The notes beneath the pieces are model-generated. The model was given only the letters and a program-made list of their open reading frames with translations, was not told the origin of the DNA and did no database searches. The translations under genes and the position numbers were made by a program. A stretch of DNA of 63,040 nucleotides, the filler included. It is 4 parts of 4 records of this genome, joined end to end, with 100 filler letters (N's around TTAATTAATTAA, not from the genome) between each part and the next. Parts side by side here need not be neighbours in the genome. Positions count along the whole stretch, not along the records: positions 40,875 to 57,460 come from DRR378314_305; positions 57,561 to 63,040 come from DRR378314_329; 2 more parts are not named here. The stretch is one strand, 5' to 3'. Below, piece after piece: positions 55,615-63,040 of this stretch. Positions within the stretch are counted from its first letter, which is position 1. Every line of letters starts with the position of its first letter.

Positions 55615-56304
55615 TCATTTACCCTCCGTGAAGGCCGGGTCACGGGGGCTTTGACGACGCCGGGCGGCCCGCGCGATCCAGTGGTCGACGCCCACATAGC
55701 GCCCGGCACCCTGGAAAAACAGCACCAGCAGCATGACCAGGTAGGTCACACCAAACTCAATGCCGTTGTTGAGCACCACGTAACCGCCTTTGGCGGTGAG
55801 CCAGTCGTACTGGCCATGCTCGCGCAGTAGCGCTCTGGCTTTGCTGAGACGCTCGCCGACCTGGGCGCTGTTTTCCAGGCTGGCCTGAGCCGCCGGCAGG
55901 CCCAGTTCCGCCAGTGGCCGCGCGGTGCTGGTGGCCGGGTCGGAGGGTGCGATCGCGAACCAGCCGTTGCCCCAATGTACGGTGAAGATCGCCACCAGCA
56001 TGGTGATCATCAGCGGCACGCTGACCCAGCGGGTGGCGAACCCGATCAATAGAAAAATGCCGCCCACCAGCTCGGTGACCGTGGCCAGTAAGGTCAGCAA
56101 CCAGGGGAAGGGCAGGCCCAGGCCCCAGTCGGCGTTACCGAACCAGGCGACGGTGGAATCGAACGCCAAGGCTTTATTGAGTCCCGCGCTGAAGAACACC
56201 GGCGCCAGATAAAGACGCAATGCCAGCGGTGCCAGAAAGTCCAGATGGCGGCTGTGATCAAGCAGTGCCTGTACCTTTTCGCCGCTGTTGATGAGTACGG
56301 ACAT
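55615..56304 (-). CDS. DoxX family membrane protein (HvfX-like long form)
   Basis: LRLYLAPVF, WFGNADWGLGLPFP, VHWGNGWFAI and LNNGIEF motifs. Confidence 0.82.
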   Translation of the reverse strand: MSVLINSGEKVQALLDHSRHLDFLAPLALRLYLAPVFFSAGLNKALAFDSTVAWFGNADWGLGLPFPWLLTLLATVTELVGGIFLLIGFATRWVSVPLMITMLVAIFTVHWGNGWFAIAPSDPATSTARPLAELGLPAAQASLENSAQVGERLSKARALLREHGQYDWLTAKGGYVVLNNGIEFGVTYLVMLLVLFFQGAGRYVGVDHWIARAARRRQSPRDPAFTEGK

Positions 56305-56337
56305 GATGTTCCCCCGTGTCGCGCCCAGGGGCGGCGA

Positions 56338-56571
56338 TCACTCTGATTGGCGGTCCACGATCCGCTCGACCAGCGCCTCGGTGTGTGTGTCCGAAAGCGG
56401 GGCCGGCGACCTGCGCAGTGTCCGCACCAGAGCCTGCAACTGACGCAGGTAGCGTCGGCAGTGGCGGCAAACCATCAGGTGGGCCCGTAACGCCAGACGC
56501 TCGCCAAACGGCAATCGTTCGCCGTCTACCAGGGCGTCGGCGCGTTGTTCAACGTGCTTGCATTTCAGCAT
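56338..56571 (-). CDS. zf-HC2 anti-sigma factor (small, soluble)
   Basis: MLKC...HLMVCRHC (C...HxxxCxxC); overlaps the sigma gene stop. Confidence 0.88.
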   Translation of the reverse strand: MLKCKHVEQRADALVDGERLPFGERLALRAHLMVCRHCRRYLRQLQALVRTLRRSPAPLSDTHTEALVERIVDRQSE

Positions 56572-57182
56572 TCGCCGGTCTCCTGGAAGCGGTCCACCAT
56601 TTCGAACAGTCGGGCGCGGGCCCGGTGCAACAGTACGCGAACGTTGGATGCACTGACGTCCATGATGTTACAGATGTCGTCGAAATCCAGGCCCTGGATG
56701 TCGCGCAGCTGCAGCGCCAGGCGCTGGTTGTCCGGCATCGCCGTGATGTGGCTTTCCAGGCAGTGTTGCAGCTCGTCGCGGGTGAGAAGGGCGTCCGGGC
56801 CGCTCAGGGCCCAGGCCCGGGGCGGCTCCTGCCAGTGGCCGTTGGCGTTGAAACGATGCGCCAGGGCGTCGGCGGCGCCTTCTTCGGTGGGGTCGAACTG
56901 AACTTCCCGGCCGCCCTTGCGCAGCTGCATGCGTGCCTGATTGATCACGATGCGGGTGAGCCAGGTGAGCAGGGCACTGCGGCCCTCGAATTTGGGCAGC
57001 GCCCGGTGGGCGGCGATCCAGCCGTCCTGCACCGCCTCTTCCGCGTCCGCCGGTTGCAGCAGGGTGCGCGCGGCGCCCAGCAGGCGCGGGTGGTAGTGCT
57101 TGACCACCAGGGCGAACGCGGCCCGGTCACCCGCCCGCAGGCGTTCGATGAACTCGGGGGTTTCCAGATTCGCATTCGCCAT
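56565..57182 (-). CDS. ECF RNA polymerase sigma factor
   Basis: DAEEAVQD, FEGRSALLTWLTRI and NVRVLLHRAR (regions 2 and 4). Confidence 0.93.
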   Translation of the reverse strand: MANANLETPEFIERLRAGDRAAFALVVKHYHPRLLGAARTLLQPADAEEAVQDGWIAAHRALPKFEGRSALLTWLTRIVINQARMQLRKGGREVQFDPTEEGAADALAHRFNANGHWQEPPRAWALSGPDALLTRDELQHCLESHITAMPDNQRLALQLRDIQGLDFDDICNIMDVSASNVRVLLHRARARLFEMVDRFQETGEC

Positions 57183-57202
57183 GGGCTTTCCGCCGCTCTG
57201 GG

Positions 57203-57460
57203 TTAGACCTCGATGCGCTTGTACTTCATGCGCTTGGGTTGCAAGGCCTCGTCACCGAGCTGCTTGCGGCGGTATTCCTCGAACTCGGTGTAGGAGCCCT
57301 CGAACCACTCCACCTGGGCGTCGCCTTCGAACGCCAGGATGTGCGTGGCCACCCGGTCCAGGAACCAGCGGTCGTGGGAAATCACGATGGCGCAGCCGGG
57401 GAACGTCAGCAGCGCTTCTTCCAGCGCCCGCAGGGTTTCCACGTCCAGGTCGTTGGTGGG
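57203..57460 (-). CDS. ettA: Energy-dependent translational throttle EttA, 3' fragment
   Basis: [37 protein letters not shown] and KRMKYK motifs. Confidence 0.92.
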   Translation of the reverse strand, partial: PTNDLDVETLRALEEALLTFPGCAIVISHDRWFLDRVATHILAFEGDAQVEWFEGSYTEFEEYRRKQLGDEALQPKRMKYKRIEV

Positions 57461-57560
57461 NNNNNNNNNNNNNNNNNNNNNNNNNNNNNNNNNNNNNNNN
57501 NNNNTTAATTAATTAANNNNNNNNNNNNNNNNNNNNNNNNNNNNNNNNNNNNNNNNNNNN
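57461..57560. other. Artificial contig spacer
   Basis: N-run/TTAATTAATTAA/N-run. Confidence 0.98.
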
Positions 57561-57819
57561 AGGGTCTTTAAGGGCAATGGAGGTATCGGGTTCCTGCGGT
57601 AAGATTGCCTATTTCTGTCGTGAGGAGTGAAAGGCTTCACTTGGCGAGGTATTTGGATCATCGCGCTGTTTCGATTTTTTAGCATAATGACCGTTTTCTG
57701 ACACGCGGCACGGATTGCCGGTTTCTACCCAGTGCTTGCCCGATCCTGCAAAAAAACTGAAAAAGCCTCCTATGCGCGCAGCGAAGACATATACTGCAGG
57801 CTGTTAGGGAGGAGAGCCA

Positions 57820-58779
57820 TTGACCGATACCGTGCCTGAGCAGGCCACCTATTTCAGTGACAGCCTGCCGCAGCAATTAAGCAAAATTGTCCGTCGCTGG
57901 ACGCCCTTGGAGGAGCTTCAAAATACGGCGATTCCCGAGGTGCAACTGATACGTGCTGACGCCCCCACCACCTTTCACTGCGCCGTATACGAACCGTGCC
58001 TGTGCTTTGTCATTCAGGGCAGCAAGACGGTGCTATTGGGTGACAAGGAAATCGTCTACACCGGGCCTAGCTATATGGGAAGCGCCATTCACCTACCGAT
58101 AGTAGGCAGGATTGATCATGCCACCCCTGAAACCCCCTACCTAGCAGTAAAAGTCTCGGTGGATCCACAAGAGGTAGCAGGACTGATACTGGAACTGGGT
58201 GATAAAGCACCACCCGCGGGAAATGATACTATCTGCCCCGAGACAGACTGCGGATTAAAATCGGCGCCCATGGACACAGCAATGCTGGGTGCGCTCTATC
58301 GGCTGTTAAGCCTGCTCGACTCACCGGAAGATATTCAGATACTTTCACCCCTAGCTAGGCGCGAGCTAGTCTATCGGGCACTCATGGGTGCAATGGGGCC
58401 TCACATGCGCCGATTTGCCGCCTCTGACTCCCAAGCCAACCGGATTGCAAAGGTCATCTGCGCCCTTAAAGAACGCTACACGCAACCGTTCAAGATCAGT
58501 GAGCTGGCAGCTGCCGCCAACATGAGCGAATCGACGCTTTACCATAGCTTCCGACAAGTCACACGCATGTCGCCCCTGCAATACCAGAAGAAGCTACGCC
58601 TACACGAAGCCCGACGGTTGATGCTGGCAGAAGGGTTAGAAGCGGCCACGGCCAGCTACCGGGTGGGTTATGAAAGCCCTTCCCACTTCAGCCGCGAATA
58701 TAGCCGCATGTTTGGCGCGCCGCCCAGAGCCGACGTCATTCAGCTCCGAGGCGCTAGGGCAGCAACACAACCCGCCTAG
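57820..58779 (+). CDS. AraC family regulator (AraC_N/YqhC type)
   Basis: YEPCLCFVIQGSK, MSPLQYQK and VGYESPSHFSREY motifs; TTG start after GGAG. Confidence 0.9.
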   Translation: MTDTVPEQATYFSDSLPQQLSKIVRRWTPLEELQNTAIPEVQLIRADAPTTFHCAVYEPCLCFVIQGSKTVLLGDKEIVYTGPSYMGSAIHLPIVGRIDHATPETPYLAVKVSVDPQEVAGLILELGDKAPPAGNDTICPETDCGLKSAPMDTAMLGALYRLLSLLDSPEDIQILSPLARRELVYRALMGAMGPHMRRFAASDSQANRIAKVICALKERYTQPFKISELAAAANMSESTLYHSFRQVTRMSPLQYQKKLRLHEARRLMLAEGLEAATASYRVGYESPSHFSREYSRMFGAPPRADVIQLRGARAATQPA

Positions 58780-58896
58780 CCACCAGCGCTATTGGCCAGC
58801 GTATTGGAGAAAAAAGTACGCAATTCCTTTGAGTGCTCTTCAGGGAAATCACACAACTTCCCTTTCTCACAAGGTACTGAAAAGAAGGTTCCACCG

Positions 58897-59832
58897 TCAT
58901 ACGATCTTTACTTCACGTGCTTCACTCGGTGGGTGCCCAATAATCCGTTTGAACGCGCGACTGAATGAGGCTTCGGAGTCATAGCCAAGCCGGTTAGCGG
59001 CTACGGCGATGCGCATATTGTCCCGTGCTATCCACTGTCGAGCCTGAAACATCTTTACCCGCGCCACATACTTGGCAGGAGTCACACCTAGCATACGGCT
59101 GAACTTCTCGTTAAAGCTGGAACGCGAAGCCCCCATGACATGGGCTAGCTCAGCAACCGACCAATCGCGCTCCGGTTGCGTGTGGATGGCTGTCAGTACC
59201 TTGCCAAGCAAGGGGCAACGCACGGCGGCAATCCAGCCGCTGGAGTCGTCGCTGCTGGCACACTCAATCCAAGCGCGAATAATACTGGCTGCCAGCACAT
59301 CGGCCAAACGGGCAAGTATGCCGCAGGCACCGATCCGATCCAGGCTAATTTCTCGCTCCATTGCTTCCAGTAAGGCAGGTACCGATGGATCGCGTTTAGC
59401 CAAATCGCTAGCGCGCATCATGTCAGGCATCATCGCGATCAGTGGATGTAGCGGGTCGAGATTGAAGTGCATGGCACCACAAAAAAGTACATTCGGTTCA
59501 ATATCGCCCTCTCTTGATTCACTGTTCACCAGATAAATATTCTCAGAGACCGGCCTGCGCGCCAACGTAGCCTTATCCACTGCAGGCACGTCTTGTGAGC
59601 TGGCCATTACATGGGACGCGCCACGCGGAAAGAGCACCGCATCTCCAGGGTTTAAGTATGTCCAGTCGGTTGTCTCGGTACGCAACCAGCACCCGCCTTG
59701 AGCTACAAAATGAAAATGTGCTGCTGTCTGGGCTGCGGTTGCGACGGCCCAAGGGGGGCGCAGCAGGCAGCGACCATACTCAACGCCCTCAAGGCGCAGG
59801 CCGAGCAGAATCTCAGTTAAGGTATCGCGCAT
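58897..59832 (-). CDS. AraC family regulator (cupin_6 type)
   Basis: FHFVAQGGCWL, WSVAELA and LGYDSEASFSRAFKR motifs; divergent from the MFS gene. Confidence 0.9.
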   Translation of the reverse strand: MRDTLTEILLGLRLEGVEYGRCLLRPPWAVATAAQTAAHFHFVAQGGCWLRTETTDWTYLNPGDAVLFPRGASHVMASSQDVPAVDKATLARRPVSENIYLVNSESREGDIEPNVLFCGAMHFNLDPLHPLIAMMPDMMRASDLAKRDPSVPALLEAMEREISLDRIGACGILARLADVLAASIIRAWIECASSDDSSGWIAAVRCPLLGKVLTAIHTQPERDWSVAELAHVMGASRSSFNEKFSRMLGVTPAKYVARVKMFQARQWIARDNMRIAVAANRLGYDSEASFSRAFKRIIGHPPSEAREVKIV

Positions 59833-59944
59833 ATTAACGGGCTCTATTTGGACAAATAGTCATGCTTTTAGGTTTTTATATCATAGAAAAGCCAAAACCT
59901 TAACTCTACACTGCAGCTTCAACTACCACTTTAGTAGGCCTGCA

Positions 59945-61162
59945 ATGAACGACACCACTTGCTCTGCCAACCCACAGTTACTGATAGCCACACCCACCGC
60001 GGAACCTGCCCCAGCCAATTGGATGGGTATTATCAGCCTCGCGCTGGGGGTGTTTGGTTTGGTGACTGCGGAGTTTTTACCGGCTAGCTTGCTGACTGCC
60101 ATGGCAGCAGATCTCAGTATCTCCGTTGGCGCCGCGGGCCAGGCGGTCACGGCTACCGCTGCGGTCGCTGCACTTGCCGCGCTAACAATCCCACTTCTGA
60201 CGCGCAATTTTGATCGTAGGTTTGTGCTGCTTGGTTTATCGCTGCTGCTCGTCATTTCCAACGCTTTGGCGGCAACGGCGAATAGCTTTTTTGTTTTAAT
60301 TTTTGCTCGAGTACTGCTGGGAATTGCCTTAGGAGGGTTCTGGTCGATGGCCGCTGCCCTGGCAATGCGCATGGTGCCCGATAACCTGTTTGCACGCGCC
60401 ATGTCTATTGTTTTGACCGGCGTGTCTGTCGCTACCGTTTGTGCAGCGCCTCTGGGCGCCTATATCGGTGGTCTCTGGGGATGGCGAAGTGCATTTATTG
60501 CCGCCGGTTGCCTTAGTCTGGTAACGCTCGTGACTCAGCTTTTCGCCATTCCCGCCATGCCGCCAAAAGACAACCCAAATCTGCGCACTCTCTTCCAACT
60601 GCTCAAACGCACGCAGGTTCGCGTTGTACTACTAGCCGTGGTGCTGATGATTTCAGGTCATTTTGCCGGATTTACCTACATACGACCGCTCCTTGAAGAG
60701 GTGGCGCAACTATCCGTCAGTGCAATCTCTGCTGTACTGCTCGGCTTTGGTATTGGTGGCTTCTTTGGCAATTTCGCCGGTGCATTTATCGCTGAACGTA
60801 GCGAGCGCAACGCCATTATGTTTGGTGGGGCACTCATTATTGCGATCACCATTACGTTACTGTGCGCGGGTAGTTTGGCCAGCGTTACTGCTGTATCTAT
60901 CGCACTGTGGGGGTTTGCGTTTGGCGCTTTTCCCATCGGATTTCAAACCTGGATAGTTCGTGCTGCGCCGGATCAGGTTGAAGCGGCAGGAGGCTTGATA
61001 GTTGCCGCCTTTCAGGTTGCTATCGCCAGTGGCGCCATAGGCGGCGGTATATTAGTGGATTACCTCGGCGCTTTAGGTGGGCCCTTATTAGCCCTGATCA
61101 CTACCAGCCTGGGAACACTGCTTGTGCTGTCATTTGGGCCACGCTCAAAGAGCCAAGCCTGA
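59945..61162 (+). CDS. MFS efflux transporter (NepI/DHA1-like)
   Basis: TAEFLPASLL, RVLLGIALGGFW and FTYIRP motifs; about 12 TM helices. Confidence 0.88.
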   Translation: MNDTTCSANPQLLIATPTAEPAPANWMGIISLALGVFGLVTAEFLPASLLTAMAADLSISVGAAGQAVTATAAVAALAALTIPLLTRNFDRRFVLLGLSLLLVISNALAATANSFFVLIFARVLLGIALGGFWSMAAALAMRMVPDNLFARAMSIVLTGVSVATVCAAPLGAYIGGLWGWRSAFIAAGCLSLVTLVTQLFAIPAMPPKDNPNLRTLFQLLKRTQVRVVLLAVVLMISGHFAGFTYIRPLLEEVAQLSVSAISAVLLGFGIGGFFGNFAGAFIAERSERNAIMFGGALIIAITITLLCAGSLASVTAVSIALWGFAFGAFPIGFQTWIVRAAPDQVEAAGGLIVAAFQVAIASGAIGGGILVDYLGALGGPLLALITTSLGTLLVLSFGPRSKSQA

Positions 61163-61279
61163 CAGCAAGAAAGCCGGGGGACAGTGAAACTCCCCGGCTC
61201 TCCTTTGGACTAGACCACTCAGCAAAAACGTAGTGTCTCAAGCATTATATGCCCCTTGAAATTACCGCTACCTATCGCT

Positions 61280-61633
61280 TCATCGCCTTTCTATATCGCA
61301 CAGAAAACTCTCCAGAATGGCTCGGCTTTGGGCCAATTTCGCCGCTTTCTGGTCAGCAAGACGAATTTGTTCGTGCAAGACATTGCGTAGTTCGTCACAG
61401 GGTTCGAAGACAGGCTCCTCGCCTCTCACACAGGGTAAAAACTGCTGGATAGTCGCAAGGGTCATGCCTGCCGAACCAAGCAGCTTGATCCGCTCAACAG
61501 TGCGAACCTCATCCGGAGCATAATCACGATACCCACTCGCGCTGCGCTTCGGCTTCAGCAAACCTGCCTCTTCATAGTAACGCAGCATGCGGATGCTCAC
61601 GCCGGTACGTTTTGCTAATTCGCCTATTTTCAT
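61280..61633 (-). CDS. MerR family transcriptional regulator
   Basis: MKIGELAKRTGVSIRMLRYYEEAGLL...GYRDY; FLPC...PC Cys pair. Confidence 0.92.
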   Translation of the reverse strand: MKIGELAKRTGVSIRMLRYYEEAGLLKPKRSASGYRDYAPDEVRTVERIKLLGSAGMTLATIQQFLPCVRGEEPVFEPCDELRNVLHEQIRLADQKAAKLAQSRAILESFLCDIERR

Positions 61634-61642
61634 TTCACCCTC

Positions 61643-61674
61643 TTGACCCTCACAGCACTGTAAGGGTTTAGGGT
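61643..61674 (+). promoter_or_regulatory. MerR-type promoter/operator
   Basis: TTGACC (61643-61648), 20-bp spacer, TAGGGT; dyad ACCCTCACAG-CA-CTGTAAGGGT across the spacer. Confidence 0.78.
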
Positions 61675-61713
61675 AGTGACTCCTCACTGCCAGTTCAATC
61701 AGGAGTCAATGTT

Positions 61714-62529
61714 ATGTCTGCTAACGTCAGCAATGTTCAGGCCCATATCAATGGGCAGCCAGCCACTCTTTCAGAACTAATCCCCCTCGCCTTTGCCGGG
61801 TTTGCGCATTTCACAGCAATGCAGGTACGAAACCGTAAGGTCAAAGGGCTAGACCTTCACTTAGATCGCCTACGCAACGCTTCAATAGACTTTTTTGGCA
61901 GAGCGCTTGCCGACAAACAGCTATTGTCCTACATCAGAACAGCCATTGATGAGGGTCCGAAAAACCAGTCACTGACAGTCACCATCTTTTCCCGAAATGG
62001 TGAGTTCACGGCGGCCAGTATGGACGGTGAGCTAGCAGTACTCATCCGCACGGGAGCCCCCTCTCACGGCCCCACAGGCCCGTTGAGGCTGGGTACGGTG
62101 GCACATGAACGACCACTGGCTGCCATTAAACATGTTGGTGAATCCGGCAAAACCTTCTATCTGCATCAAGCCATACGCCAGGGCTTCGACGATGCAGCTT
62201 TTGTTGACAGCCACGGGCACCTAAGCGAAGCAACGATATGGAACCTTGTCTTTTGGGACGGCGAGGCGGTTATCTGGCCACAGGCCGAGATACTACAGGG
62301 CACTATGATGAGCATCATCCAGCGTCAACTGGATCGCCTTGGGATTCCCCAGCGTCATGAGTTCATTACCACCAAACGGCTTCGAGAACTGTCCGGTGCG
62401 GCGGTGATGAACTCATGGACACCGGGGATCGCCGTCACGGCCATTGATTCAACGGCTTTTGCAGAAGCAACACCGTTCATCAATTTGCTCCATAACGCCT
62501 ACCAAGCTGAATCCGCTAATTTCATTTAA
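61714..62529 (+). CDS. Aminotransferase class IV (fold-type IV PLP) family protein
   Basis: HLDRL, IKHVG, SEATIWN and LQGTM motifs. Confidence 0.85.
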   Translation: MSANVSNVQAHINGQPATLSELIPLAFAGFAHFTAMQVRNRKVKGLDLHLDRLRNASIDFFGRALADKQLLSYIRTAIDEGPKNQSLTVTIFSRNGEFTAASMDGELAVLIRTGAPSHGPTGPLRLGTVAHERPLAAIKHVGESGKTFYLHQAIRQGFDDAAFVDSHGHLSEATIWNLVFWDGEAVIWPQAEILQGTMMSIIQRQLDRLGIPQRHEFITTKRLRELSGAAVMNSWTPGIAVTAIDSTAFAEATPFINLLHNAYQAESANFI

Positions 62530-62706
62530 AGACGCTCGCTGACTATTTGCGTAGCGAAATACCGGACTTTCAGCGCGCTGGCTAAGCCCATCCCGCGTGA
62601 CAACGAACCTAGGGATATTGCCGGTCTCGTTACTTGGATAGCGGGGTCTGAGAGCAAGTCGGTAACAGCACTCGTGCGCGGTTCAATGTGGCATCCTCCA
62701 AAAACC

Positions 62707-63040
62707 CTAAACCACGGCCTCTTGTGGCGTACCGCGCAAGGTCGCCAGCGACAAGCCCGCTGCCACCAACGAGCACAGTGCGATGGCTGCAGTCAGCATC
62801 AGTGGGGTGCCGTCGAACACCACACTGACCACAGCGATGGCGACCGCGCCCAGCATCATTTGCAGGGTGCCGCCCAGAGCCGCCGCTGTACCGGCAATGG
62901 GGCCGTGTTCTTCCAGCGACAACACCATGGATGTGGGAATCACCAGACCAAGAAACGCAAAGGTTGTAATCAGCATTCCCACCAGCAGCGGGAAACTGGT
63001 GTATCCCAGCGCCACCAGCGTAAACATCAGGCAGGCCGAC
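62707..63040 (-). CDS. Bcr/CflA family multidrug MFS transporter, 3' part
   Basis: AGTAAALGGTLQM C-terminal motif; the ORF runs off the window end. Confidence 0.78.
   Translation of the reverse strand, partial: SACLMFTLVALGYTSFPLLVGMLITTFAFLGLVIPTSMVLSLEEHGPIAGTAAALGGTLQMMLGAVAIAVVSVVFDGTPLMLTAAIALCSLVAAGLSLATLRGTPQEAVV

Noticed and set aside
57561-57819. Repeated GATTGCC/GATCCTGC-like motifs upstream of the AraC gene
   Set aside because: They are plausible AraC-family sites for a divergent gene lost in the gap, but too degenerate to delimit.

Overview
This 63-kb window is four contigs joined by artificial 100-nt spacers (N-run/TTAATTAATTAA/N-run at 14481-14580, 40775-40874 and 57461-57560), so adjacency across spacers is not biological. 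Contig 1 (1-14480, moderate GC, Halomonas-like) carries a Fur-controlled PrrF-like small RNA at the left edge, an AEC transporter, SCO, a PHB-depolymerase-like esterase, an FKBP PPIase, the teaABCD ectoine TRAP operon, yheS, dtd, a USP, thiD and a TRAP solute-binding protein. Contig 2 (14581-40774) opens with a heavy-metal island: CusB/CusA-type RND, DUF411, a decayed ICMT-like gene, then a complex-I-like operon (A, B/D fusion, H, J, K, L, M, N). Its soluble subunit has lost the Fe-S and quinone-site motifs and instead carries a heavy-metal-binding domain and a His-rich tract; this is the best candidate for an undescribed system. High-GC, Alcanivorax-like backbone genes follow up to ubiD, then an AT-rich integron cassette array without an adjacent integrase (two complete attC sites, one IS3-disrupted attC) with HEPN-like/Zn-ribbon and P-loop ATPase cargo. 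Contig 3 (40875-57460, high GC) holds rpsR'-rplI-dnaB-alr-radA-ktrAB, a Fur-regulated TonB receptor/PepSY pair, and an ECF sigma/anti-sigma-DoxX-ArsM-VTT/flavin reductase-DUF547 cluster. That cluster contains a palindromic intergenic repeat whose flanks show strand-specific C depletion. Contig 4 (57561-63040, moderate GC) holds two AraC regulators, two MFS transporters and a MerR-aminotransferase IV module. No rRNA, tRNA or CRISPR array was recognised. Protein family calls are from motif recognition only, without database searches.
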